Source: Euryarchaeota archaeon TMED192 | GTDB lineage: Archaea > Thermoplasmatota > Poseidoniia > Poseidoniales > Thalassarchaeaceae | Direction: 5' to 3' | DNA: 49,629 nucleotides | Assembly (NCBI GenBank): GCA_002170775.2 | Contig: NHIP02000003.1 | Span: 221,776 to 271,404, forward strand | Part shown: piece after piece, positions 1 to 8,628 of the stretch | Position numbering within the stretch: position 1 is the first letter of the stretch | Layout: each line of letters opens with the position of its first letter | Translations under genes and position numbers: made by a program | Notes under the pieces: model-generated | Database searches by the model: none | Told to the model about the DNA's origin: nothing | The model's input: the letters and a program-made list of their open reading frames with translations, nothing else

Positions 1-282
1 GAAATCATGTCTGAATGGGGTCAGCATCTCGACGGTTTGAAGACCAACAATGCAGTTATCATCCTTGAAGACGGCTCCGCTACAGATCCTGTTGGCGCTG
101 GCAAGCTTGAAGCTGCACTCGATGAGATTGAAAACGCTCAAGGATTGGTCTTTGCAGGAAAGATGAGCGATCGTATCTTCGATCTTGCTAGCAAAGGTGG
201 TATCGAGAACGTTCTTGCTAGCTCTGTCTCTGGCACTGCTCGTAAAGGGACTGTTTCAGCTTACACGCCTTCCGACCTATGA
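1..282 (+). CDS. dnaG: C-terminal fragment of a protein truncated by the window edge, probably archaeal DnaG-like primase/exosome-associated protein
   Basis: The frame is open from base 1. The tail 'GLVFAGKMSDRIFDLASKGGIENVL' resembles the C-terminal alpha/beta domain of archaeal DnaG. The TOPRIM domain is not in the window. Confidence 0.55.
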   Translation, partial: EIMSEWGQHLDGLKTNNAVIILEDGSATDPVGAGKLEAALDEIENAQGLVFAGKMSDRIFDLASKGGIENVLASSVSGTARKGTVSAYTPSDL

Positions 283-360
283 CCGCTTTCGATAAACAGG
301 CGCTGAACCAGCGTCTGGCTCCTATGCGGGATAGAAGGCATCAAAGCCTCAACGAATGCG

Positions 361-2628
361 ATGGGGTTTGTGGTTGAGACGACGCAGGTCGTGATTGGGG
401 TCTATGGATTCCTAATTGTTGCTTATGCGTCTGCATTTCTGCGTCAGAAGTCCGCTAGGAAAAAGGCTGCAGCCATGAGGGACGAATTAGACAGTATGGC
501 GTCTGCGTTCAACGAAGTTCATCGTGAATTGTCAACCATGAATGACGGGATTGACTCAGTTCTCGAGAAAGGTGATCCAGTGCACGACCGTTTGTCTGCA
601 CATACTGCATTAGAATCTGCAGAGAGGATCATTCGAAGACAGGATAATCTGAGCGTAGGGGGCCTTTGTGAGATTTTGACGCATCCCGCCCGACTACTAG
701 CGCATGCGATGGAACACCATGAATCTGAGTCAGAGGGTTCGCTGATTGGGATGGGGACCTTGACCCATAGGCTCGCCGGCATTCTTGACGCTTCAGGAAT
801 CAGACCTGATGATCTGGGCCTCAATTCTTCTGAATTCGAACGCCTTGGATGTCTTTTCGAGGAACATGGAGGCCTAAACAATGCTAGAGATGCATACGAG
901 GCTTCTCTCAGAGAAGGGCATAGATACGATGGTATGACGGGGCTCCTCAGAATACTTCGTTCAATGGGGTCGGGTTCTGATCTTGTTGAGGCTCTAGAAA
1001 GTCATATTCTTGCAGAGCCTGATGAAATTGCAGCCTTGGTGGAGCAACTATCTTTGTTACCAGAAAGCGATGCTAGAAGCAGACGGAACAAGAAAAGGTT
1101 GTCATCACTAGGATGGGATGGAGAGACAGAAATCGAGTTAATTGGTTCAATGGGTGGTCTAAGGGCACGTGCTACGGGCCCATCGATGACAGAGGTTTCC
1201 CCATCGGTGAAGATTAACAGGGCAGCATCGAGGATAGAAAATGGCAAGCCAGACGAAGGGCTTGAGATTCTCGACATGCTTTCTATGGAAGATAGAATCT
1301 CTCCCGGTGTTCTAATCCTACGTGCTAAAGCGTCCCATCTGAAAGGAGATCATGAATTGGCTTTGAAACTGGTGAGAAGATCGAGTATCGATTCAGATGA
1401 TGCTATCTTGCTGGAGGTTTCCGCCATGGTTTCCATGGGGGAGACGGAATCTGCACTGAAGCGCCTTACGAATCGGGTCTACAACGACAGGTGCACGCCT
1501 GCTCTTTGCGAGGCGGCGGCAAAGCTGGCAATTGCCATGGGTCTGCTAGAAGTAGCGTGGCGGGTCCTTGATGCGTGTGACGAGGGAACTAGGACTATCG
1601 GGGTACTCGATGCCCGCGCTATGGCGTTGGTTCACAAATCAGATACAGAGCGAAATCAGAGTGGATCGGTTTCAGACAGTATTTTATCCGACCTCGAGGA
1701 ATGCGGGCGAAAAATGGTTGAGATGGATCGTGAAGATCATCGGGGATGGCTCACAGCCTCCATAGCCCAGCGTATGAACAGCAATCCCGAAGATGCTGAG
1801 ACGTGCATCGTCCGGGCACGCAGAATTGCTGAGAGGGAGCCTCGAGTTCTCATTGAAGAAGCACGTGTGAGAATTGATCGGATGGAGTTCGGAGAGTCAA
1901 GATCTGTGTTGATGGAATGCGATAAGCTTCGTGCGGACAAAGTCGAGATTGAATTCTTGAATGGGCTATCTTATGCAAGAGAAGGTCGTATGGAGGACGC
2001 GGGAAGGAGGTTTGTATCCGTTCTGGAATTAGATCCTTCACATGTAAGCGCCCGCCTCAATCTCGCATCAGTGTACTTGGCTCGAAATCAGTACAATGAC
2101 GCTGCAAATCATGCTATGGTAGTTGTGGATTCTCACCCCGACAACCCATCAGCTATGCGTCGTGCCAGCGAGGCGATGATTGGTCTCTCAGATTGGTCTA
2201 AGGCAATCGATTTGCTTGAGAGGTCACTTTCAATCGATCATGGACACGTGCCATCGATGACGAGGCTTTCCTCTTGTCTGCTCAGGACAGGTAGAGGGGA
2301 GCAGGCAGAAGAAATTCTAAATCAGGCTATTAGAATCGACCCCAGTCAAAGCGGCCCTTGGAGTTGCAGGGGATCTCTGTATCTAGAGTTCAATCGTATA
2401 GCAGAAGCGACATCGGATCTTGAGAAAGCATGGGAATGCGATCCTCGCCGTTCTGATGTACTCATGATGCTTGCTGAACTGGAAGAACGAACTGGTGATT
2501 TCCGGGCTGCTTCGATAAGATGGAGGCAAGTACTCGATCTAGACCCCACGGATCAGCATGCAAGATCTAGATTGGAGGTTGTAAGGGCCAGAACCCCGGA
2601 AGAGGCGGAAAGGATTCATCTTAGGTGA
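361..2628 (+). CDS. Membrane-anchored tetratricopeptide-repeat (TPR) protein
   Basis: N-terminal hydrophobic helix (VVIGVYGFLIVAYASAFL), then a coiled coil and multiple TPR-like units (VLELDPSHVSARLNLA, AIRIDPSQSGPW, VLDLDPTDQHAR). Confidence 0.85.
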   Translation: MGFVVETTQVVIGVYGFLIVAYASAFLRQKSARKKAAAMRDELDSMASAFNEVHRELSTMNDGIDSVLEKGDPVHDRLSAHTALESAERIIRRQDNLSVGGLCEILTHPARLLAHAMEHHESESEGSLIGMGTLTHRLAGILDASGIRPDDLGLNSSEFERLGCLFEEHGGLNNARDAYEASLREGHRYDGMTGLLRILRSMGSGSDLVEALESHILAEPDEIAALVEQLSLLPESDARSRRNKKRLSSLGWDGETEIELIGSMGGLRARATGPSMTEVSPSVKINRAASRIENGKPDEGLEILDMLSMEDRISPGVLILRAKASHLKGDHELALKLVRRSSIDSDDAILLEVSAMVSMGETESALKRLTNRVYNDRCTPALCEAAAKLAIAMGLLEVAWRVLDACDEGTRTIGVLDARAMALVHKSDTERNQSGSVSDSILSDLEECGRKMVEMDREDHRGWLTASIAQRMNSNPEDAETCIVRARRIAEREPRVLIEEARVRIDRMEFGESRSVLMECDKLRADKVEIEFLNGLSYAREGRMEDAGRRFVSVLELDPSHVSARLNLASVYLARNQYNDAANHAMVVVDSHPDNPSAMRRASEAMIGLSDWSKAIDLLERSLSIDHGHVPSMTRLSSCLLRTGRGEQAEEILNQAIRIDPSQSGPWSCRGSLYLEFNRIAEATSDLEKAWECDPRRSDVLMMLAELEERTGDFRAASIRWRQVLDLDPTDQHARSRLEVVRARTPEEAERIHLR

Positions 2629-2643
2629 TTCATAGCAAATGCC

Positions 2644-3198
2644 ATGACGACTGCCCACGGGACCGAGCCTGGAGCTCTTGCGCCTATATTCAGATTGCCG
2701 AATGCCAATGCCTCTGTAGGTGGGCCGGAGATTGATCTTGAGGACGTGCTAAAGGGTGCGGGGGGGATTGTGATGTTCACATGCAATCATTGCCCATATG
2801 TCGTAGCCTCGGAGGAACGGATTGAGATTGTGGCATCGTTTGCTGAAAAATCTGGTCTCGGGTTCGTTGGAATCAATTCGAATGACCCGGTGAGATACGT
2901 TTCGGACAATTGGGAACATATGGTTAAGCGAGCCTCGGAGGGCATGTCATATCCGTACCTTCACGACTCGACACAAAATATTGCAATGGCCTACGGGGCA
3001 GAAAGAACTCCGGAATTTTACTTGATATCCAACTCGAGAGAGATAGTGTATAGGGGGCGTCTGGATGATTCTCCGAGGGACCCTTCTTCTTCAAAGACCA
3101 CCGATTTGATGGATGCTGTCGAAGAATATCTTGAGGGGAAGGCGATCACGAATAATCGAACTGAAAGTATCGGATGCTCAGTAAAATGGAAGGAGTAG
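2644..3198 (+). CDS. Thioredoxin-fold protein, AhpC/TSA (PRX_like1) family
   Basis: Motifs CNHCPYV, GINSND, YGAERTPEF, YRGRLDD and the C-terminal SIGCSVKW. Confidence 0.9.
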   Translation: MTTAHGTEPGALAPIFRLPNANASVGGPEIDLEDVLKGAGGIVMFTCNHCPYVVASEERIEIVASFAEKSGLGFVGINSNDPVRYVSDNWEHMVKRASEGMSYPYLHDSTQNIAMAYGAERTPEFYLISNSREIVYRGRLDDSPRDPSSSKTTDLMDAVEEYLEGKAITNNRTESIGCSVKWKE

Positions 3199-3205
3199 GT
3201 AGAAC

Positions 3206-4078
3206 TTGAGGATGGGCCTGCCGGCGAAAATATTCGTCACTTTGTTACGACTATCTCCTGCTCGTATCCAGAACAGGATGTGGAAATGGTGGTATCAAAA
3301 AATGGCTAAAACTAACGATGATTCGCGTTTCCGATTCATGAATTATGGTTTTGAAGATGGTGACGGCCCGGATCTTTATTCATCTGACGAAGTTAATCGG
3401 CTGTTCATTCAACTCTATTCTATGAATCTTAGAGGTGCTGAAATTGAGGGACGAGATGTCCTTGAAGTGGGATCTGGACGAGGTGGGGGGGCCAGTTGGG
3501 TCGCTAGATCACTGCAACCGAGAAGGGTTGTAGGTGTTGATTTTTCATCAGAAGCGGTGAATTTGTGCAACCAATGGTATGGAGATCAGGATAATCTGAG
3601 TTTCGTGGAGGGGAATGCAGAGGACCTGCCTTTCGATGACGAGTCATTCGACTTGGTTTACAATGTCGAGTCATCGCACTGCTACGGAGACATGGGTGCT
3701 TTCATTGAGCAAGTTCACAGAGTGCTTCGAGAAGGAGGTACATTCTGCTGGACGGATCTTCGTGATTCAGAGACCATGTCTCTTCTCCCCGGGATGTTCG
3801 AATCACGGGGATTTGAGATTGTGGAGTCAGCGATTGTGGTCGATGAGGTCCTGAGGGCTCTCGATGAGATCAATGAGGCGAAGATCGAACAAATAACCAA
3901 TCAGGTCCCCAAGTCCATAAGGAAGAGTGTGGAAACTTTCGCGGGAGTCAAAGGGACTCCGGTGTACGAAGGATTCGTGAATGGCTCGATGACGTATCAC
4001 AGACACATGATGAAGAAAATAGATGTCAATCCTAGCTCAGGCGGCGGTGTAGAAAGCGCGCGAATGAAGATTCGATGA
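3206..4078 (+). CDS. Class I SAM-dependent methyltransferase (resembles lipid/fatty-acid O-methyltransferases)
   Basis: SAM motif VLEVGSGRGGG, plus GNAEDLPF, FMNYG and NVESSHCY. Start is the TTG at 3206 or the ATG at 3212. Confidence 0.85.
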   Translation: MRMGLPAKIFVTLLRLSPARIQNRMWKWWYQKMAKTNDDSRFRFMNYGFEDGDGPDLYSSDEVNRLFIQLYSMNLRGAEIEGRDVLEVGSGRGGGASWVARSLQPRRVVGVDFSSEAVNLCNQWYGDQDNLSFVEGNAEDLPFDDESFDLVYNVESSHCYGDMGAFIEQVHRVLREGGTFCWTDLRDSETMSLLPGMFESRGFEIVESAIVVDEVLRALDEINEAKIEQITNQVPKSIRKSVETFAGVKGTPVYEGFVNGSMTYHRHMMKKIDVNPSSGGGVESARMKIR

Positions 4079-4147
4079 TTCGAAGGTCGGGGTTACTAGT
4101 GTCTGGGCTTTAGGAATCTTCACAGCATTGCACCCCGACCGGATGCT

Positions 4148-5398
4148 GTGAAGGGACTAATTACGGACATCCACGCTCGATCTATACTCGACTCTCGTGG
4201 ACGCCCGACAGTCGAAGTCGAATGTTTTGTAGACGGTTCTCTGATGTCGAGGGCGGCTGTGCCATCAGGTGCCAGTACCGGTTCGCATGAAGCTGTTGAA
4301 CTGAGAGATGGGGGCGATTTATGGCATGGCTCAGGTGTCGAAAAGGCCGTGAAAAACGTAAACACTGTGCTCAGGGATGTCCTTGTCGGAAGCGATGTTT
4401 CGGATCAAGAGGCGATCGATGGATTACTGATTGAGGCAGATGGGTCGATGAATAAATCAATCATGGGTGCTAATGCAATTCTTGGTTGTTCCATGGCAGC
4501 GTTCAGAGCGTCTTCGTTAGCCAAGGGCGTGCCCCTATGGCAAAATCTACCAGGCACGTGGCCGAATCCTAGTTTACCGGTGCCTCTGATGAACATCTTG
4601 AATGGCGGCGCTCATGCCTCAACTAATGTTGATGTGCAGGAATTCATGGTCGTCCCCTATGGGTTCCCTGATTTTGATTCGGCTCTTCGTGCTGGGACGG
4701 AAACATACCATGCTCTGAAAAAAACTCTCGGTGAAAAGGGCCTTCTTGGAGGAATTGGCGATGAGGGGGGTTTCGCACCGTCTCTTCAGAAAAATGAGGA
4801 TGGCTTGAGGCTCTTGGTAGAAGCCATTGAACGGGCCGGTTACTCTTCAGAGACTCAGATTGGTATTGCCTTGGATGTGGCAGCCTCTGAATTCTATAAA
4901 TCGGGCAAGTATTCATTCGACGGCAGGGAAATCGGTGGCGCGGATCTTTCAGCTATCTACTCGTCCTGGGTAGACAGATATCCGATTGTATCAATCGAAG
5001 ATCCGTTTGACGAAGATGATTGGATGTCTTGGATTTCTTTCACGGAAAGAGGGCATGATATCAGAATAATAGGAGATGATTTGTACGTCACCAATCCCAT
5101 AAGGTTGCAGAAGGGAATCGACGAAGGGGCTTCAAATTCGATATTGATAAAACCAAATCAGATAGGAACGCTGACTGAAACTCTGAAGGTGATGGGGATT
5201 GCAAATCAGGAGGGTTTCGACTGCATAGTCTCACATCGCTCGGGTGAAACATCGGATGACACGATCTCCGACATAGCTGTTGGAACGGGATGTGGATGGA
5301 TCAAAACCGGGGCTCCTGCGAGATCCGATCGGACATCCAAATACAACCAACTACTCAGAATATCTGAAGCCGGGCTCCCGTATTCAGGATGGGTTTGA
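4148..5398 (+). CDS. eno: Enolase (phosphopyruvate hydratase)
   Basis: Motifs DSRGRPTVE, VPSGASTG, GDEGGFAP, LIKPNQIGTLTE and SHRSGET; GTG start. Confidence 0.98.
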   Translation: MKGLITDIHARSILDSRGRPTVEVECFVDGSLMSRAAVPSGASTGSHEAVELRDGGDLWHGSGVEKAVKNVNTVLRDVLVGSDVSDQEAIDGLLIEADGSMNKSIMGANAILGCSMAAFRASSLAKGVPLWQNLPGTWPNPSLPVPLMNILNGGAHASTNVDVQEFMVVPYGFPDFDSALRAGTETYHALKKTLGEKGLLGGIGDEGGFAPSLQKNEDGLRLLVEAIERAGYSSETQIGIALDVAASEFYKSGKYSFDGREIGGADLSAIYSSWVDRYPIVSIEDPFDEDDWMSWISFTERGHDIRIIGDDLYVTNPIRLQKGIDEGASNSILIKPNQIGTLTETLKVMGIANQEGFDCIVSHRSGETSDDTISDIAVGTGCGWIKTGAPARSDRTSKYNQLLRISEAGLPYSGWV

Positions 5399-5405
5399 AT
5401 ACGGT

Positions 5406-6359
5406 TTAATTCTCCATAATCGCTTCGAGTATGAGAGGGAGAACTATTGATGCATCGGACTCTATAACGAATGTGGGGGTTTCCAAACTCAACTTCCCCC
5501 AACTAATCTTCTCATTCGGAGGAGCTCCTGAATATCCGCCATACGATGGTCTTGACTCGGATATCTGAGCGAACCAGGACCAGAGATTGACATCGATGCC
5601 TACGTCTTGTCTGAGCATTGGGACCACACAGATCGGAAAGTCGCCCGATATGCCTCCGCCCACTTGAAGAAGTCCTGTTGGAGAGTCATCTTCACGGTAC
5701 CAATCCGCCAGATCTTGCATTGCATGGAGTCCGCTCAATACGATATCTTGGGAAGACAGTGTGAGGTCTATGACACGTGCAACTAGAATATTGCCGAGAG
5801 TGGAGTCTTCCCACCCAGGAGTGAATATCGGGAGGTTTGCATCTGCGGCGGCCATCAACCATGATTCATTTGGATCGCCGTCGAGATCAAGGTCCCCATG
5901 CAAAAGCAGGTCGTAGATATACTCGTGAGGGAATCTTCTGTCACCAGCCGCTTCGGCATCTTTCCATAGTTCTAACATTTGTTTTTCGACATATCTTATC
6001 GCCTCTTGTTCAGGAATTGCCACGTCTGTTACACGATTCAACCCCCTTTCATGGAGATTCAAGTCGTCTGAAGCAGAGAAATCCCTCCAATTGGGTATTC
6101 TCTCATAATCTGATCTTGCTATCAGATTGAACAAGTCTTCCTCGAGATTCGCACCGGTACAGCATATTGCATGTACTTTCTGAGATCGTATCGCAGGTGC
6201 CAGAGTTTTGCCGATCTCAGCAGTCGACATCGCGCCTGCAAGGGTGATCATCAGTCGGCCATCATTTTCCAGAAATGTTCTAATCGATTCAATACAATCG
6301 GATAGTGCACCGGCATTGAAATGCCTGTAATTCCTCTGAATGAAGTCTCTTACGGACAT
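5406..6359 (-). CDS. Deoxyhypusine synthase family protein (bacterial DHS-like/SpeY-type)
   Basis: Motifs YRHFNA, TLAGAMSTAE, TGANLEED, GLNRVTD and YGGYSGAPPNEKISWGK (catalytic Lys). Confidence 0.9.
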   Translation of the reverse strand: MSVRDFIQRNYRHFNAGALSDCIESIRTFLENDGRLMITLAGAMSTAEIGKTLAPAIRSQKVHAICCTGANLEEDLFNLIARSDYERIPNWRDFSASDDLNLHERGLNRVTDVAIPEQEAIRYVEKQMLELWKDAEAAGDRRFPHEYIYDLLLHGDLDLDGDPNESWLMAAADANLPIFTPGWEDSTLGNILVARVIDLTLSSQDIVLSGLHAMQDLADWYREDDSPTGLLQVGGGISGDFPICVVPMLRQDVGIDVNLWSWFAQISESRPSYGGYSGAPPNEKISWGKLSLETPTFVIESDASIVLPLILEAIMEN

Positions 6360-6371
6360 CTGAATCCCTCA

Positions 6372-6785
6372 TCAATTCGAGTGTTTTTCTTCCTCAGTGC
6401 TGGTTTGTGGGTGTATGAATCGATTTACTGTATCTCTTCTCATTTGAATGATGTTTGGGCTGGATAAAGTCAAGCTCTCATGGATGATATCGATGATGTT
6501 CTCAGGATCATGGTCGCCGCATGTGAAAGCGTCTATCGCCAGCCAACCACGATCTGAATAGCAGTGCGCTGAGACGTGGCTTTCGTCGATTAGTACGACT
6601 GCGGCAAAACCAGGGGGGGAGTGTTCTCCATCAAAAATCTCCACATGTGAATGGACCTCTCTTATTCCACACTTATTCACAGCATTCTGAAGAATTTTAA
6701 GGATATATCGGCCATCTATGGGGCTTTGGTTCGGTTGGAATCCCACATAGTCCACATACACATGCTTGCCGTGCGCCCTATTCAT
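6372..6785 (-). CDS. speD: Pyruvoyl-dependent S-adenosylmethionine decarboxylase family proenzyme
   Basis: GKH at the N-terminus, self-cleavage motif DESH (E|S) and the DAFTCG motif. Confidence 0.88.
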   Translation of the reverse strand: MNRAHGKHVYVDYVGFQPNQSPIDGRYILKILQNAVNKCGIREVHSHVEIFDGEHSPPGFAAVVLIDESHVSAHCYSDRGWLAIDAFTCGDHDPENIIDIIHESLTLSSPNIIQMRRDTVNRFIHPQTSTEEEKHSN

Positions 6786-6806
6786 CTGAAACCCTCTATT
6801 TTTGAT

Positions 6807-7319
6807 TTAAAAATCGCTATGTTGAACATGTAAATAATATGGTGACTTTGCTTCCTCAGACCCATCTAGACAGAGCATGTGCGGGACGTTCATCAAGGCA
6901 CATTTTACTATTGATTTCATTGTCTTGCTGATGAATTTAACAGACTCTATTTCCATTATGTCAAACCACCCAAAATCTGATATTTCTTCATTATCGATAG
7001 TTACGTCAGTCGTTTTCGGATGGATTGAATATGCGATGAACAGCGCTGGCATGCCTGACCTAATTGTCTCACGCACGGCGATTATTCCTTTGATATCGCC
7101 ATCTACCCCGCACTCCTCTTTCAATTCTCTGAGAGCCGATTGCATGGGATATTCATCGGAGTTTGCGTATCCTTTAGGCGCCCCCCATAGCCCTGCATGT
7201 TTACCTGCAGCTTCCTTTACGAGGAGGATCTTGTCATCGTTTACAACGCATGCAGCCACGCCCAGATCGCAGGATATGAGATGTGCTCTGAGGGCGGTGA
7301 TTGGCTGTTCAGGCGTCAT
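6807..7319 (-). CDS. Nudix hydrolase
   Basis: Nudix box GYANSDEYPMQSALRELKEECG. Confidence 0.9.
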   Translation of the reverse strand: MTPEQPITALRAHLISCDLGVAACVVNDDKILLVKEAAGKHAGLWGAPKGYANSDEYPMQSALRELKEECGVDGDIKGIIAVRETIRSGMPALFIAYSIHPKTTDVTIDNEEISDFGWFDIMEIESVKFISKTMKSIVKCALMNVPHMLCLDGSEEAKSPYYLHVQHSDF

Positions 7320-8448
7320 CCAAAAGCCAACCCCTGATTCTACTTATTCCTTCTTTGATATCGGCTTCAGGAGCTGCATAAGATATTCTTACGAATCCTT
7401 CGCCCCCCGTGATGAGGGATGCTGGAATTAATTGCACTCCGGCATTAAGAGCGCCATCTGCAAATTCTATGTCTGTCATCCCAGTTTCAGTGACGTCTAC
7501 GAAGAGGTAGAATGCCCCCTCTGGATCTACTATCCTCAGTCCGGATATGTCCGACAGGCCGTCGATCATCAGATCTCTTCTTTTCCTATATGCCTCAGAA
7601 AATTCCTCAACCTCGTCATCGCAATCCAACGCAACTCTGGCGGCTTCCATCATGAATGTGGGGATGTGTGATGCAGAATTGGCCTGGCATTTCAAGGCAG
7701 CCTTGACTACGGGATTTGGTCCAGCCAAGAATCCCACACGCATTCCCGTCATTGCCCACGTCTTTGACCATCCGCTGATTACAATCGTTCGTTCGGCGCC
7801 CCCCTCTATTGTGGCTGGAGAGACGTGTTCGACACCATTCCATATTAGTCTGGAATATATTTCATCTGAAATAATCCATAGATCGTTTTCTACCGCTATC
7901 TCAACAATCTCCGCTATCTCTTCCCTGGAATAGACAGCACCAGTCGGGTTGCAAGGTGAGTTGATCATGATGGTCCGTGTTCGCCCGGTTATCGCAGATC
8001 GAATAGCATCCATATCAGGGTGGAAATTGGTCCTATGGACAGGCACGTTTACTGGAACGGCGCCTATGAACGATATCATCGGCTCATAAGAAGCCCAAGA
8101 TGGTGAAAGCAGGATTGCCTCATCCCCCTGATTGAGGGTAATCATGTATGCATACAGTAGAGCCTGCTTGGCTCCGGGAGTGATGAGTACGTTCTCACCG
8201 GAAGTTGTTATGCCGCTGGTCCTCATGAGGTGTTTAGCGACGGCTTCGCAGAGTTCGGGTGAGCCTTGGCCTCTGGTGTACTTGGTTCGGCCGGCTTCCA
8301 AACCCTGTATGGCGGCCTCTATTATCGGCTGCGGTGTTGAAAATCCTGGTTCTCCTACTGTCCAACGTATCACACCATCAGGAGGAGGTTGAAGGTATGG
8401 TGCGAATCCGACTCCAAGGCCTTCGAATCGGGTCGCGGTGCGTGGCAT
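7309..8448 (-). CDS. PLP-dependent class I/II aminotransferase (aspartate aminotransferase-like)
   Basis: Motifs GEPGF, NSPCNPTG, SDEIY and SKTWAMTGMRVG (PLP Lys). Start moved to the ATG at 8448 (MPRTATR) because the longer ORF runs up against the tRNA. Confidence 0.92.
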   Translation of the reverse strand: MPRTATRFEGLGVGFAPYLQPPPDGVIRWTVGEPGFSTPQPIIEAAIQGLEAGRTKYTRGQGSPELCEAVAKHLMRTSGITTSGENVLITPGAKQALLYAYMITLNQGDEAILLSPSWASYEPMISFIGAVPVNVPVHRTNFHPDMDAIRSAITGRTRTIMINSPCNPTGAVYSREEIAEIVEIAVENDLWIISDEIYSRLIWNGVEHVSPATIEGGAERTIVISGWSKTWAMTGMRVGFLAGPNPVVKAALKCQANSASHIPTFMMEAARVALDCDDEVEEFSEAYRKRRDLMIDGLSDISGLRIVDPEGAFYLFVDVTETGMTDIEFADGALNAGVQLIPASLITGGEGFVRISYAAPEADIKEGISRIRGWLLDDA

Positions 8449-8550
8449 AACTAGCGGTTGTGCTTGGCGTCCATGAAGGTATTCTAGGCAGGGTGCATGA
8501 TTTCTAACTCGGGAAGCGTTGAAATCGGAATCTTTGGTGGCCCACATGCT

Positions 8551-8624
8551 GCACGAGTGGCAGAGTAGCTATGCAACGGACTGCAGATCCGTGTACCCGG
8601 GTGCAAATCCCGGCTCGTGCTCCA
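8551..8624 (+). tRNA. tRNA-Cys (GCA), CCA encoded, no intron
   Basis: Cloverleaf read directly: acceptor GCACGAG/CTCGTGC, D stem GCA/TGC, anticodon stem ACGGA/TCCGT with loop CT-GCA-GA (anticodon 8583-8585), T stem CCGGG/CCCGG, discriminator U, then CCA. Confidence 0.95.
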
Positions 8625-8628
8625 CAAT

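Noticed and set aside
297-317. Hairpin CAGGCGCTG-AAC-CAGCGTCTG after the first gene
   Set aside because: Plausible terminator, but with a 3-nt loop, no U-tract and no other support.
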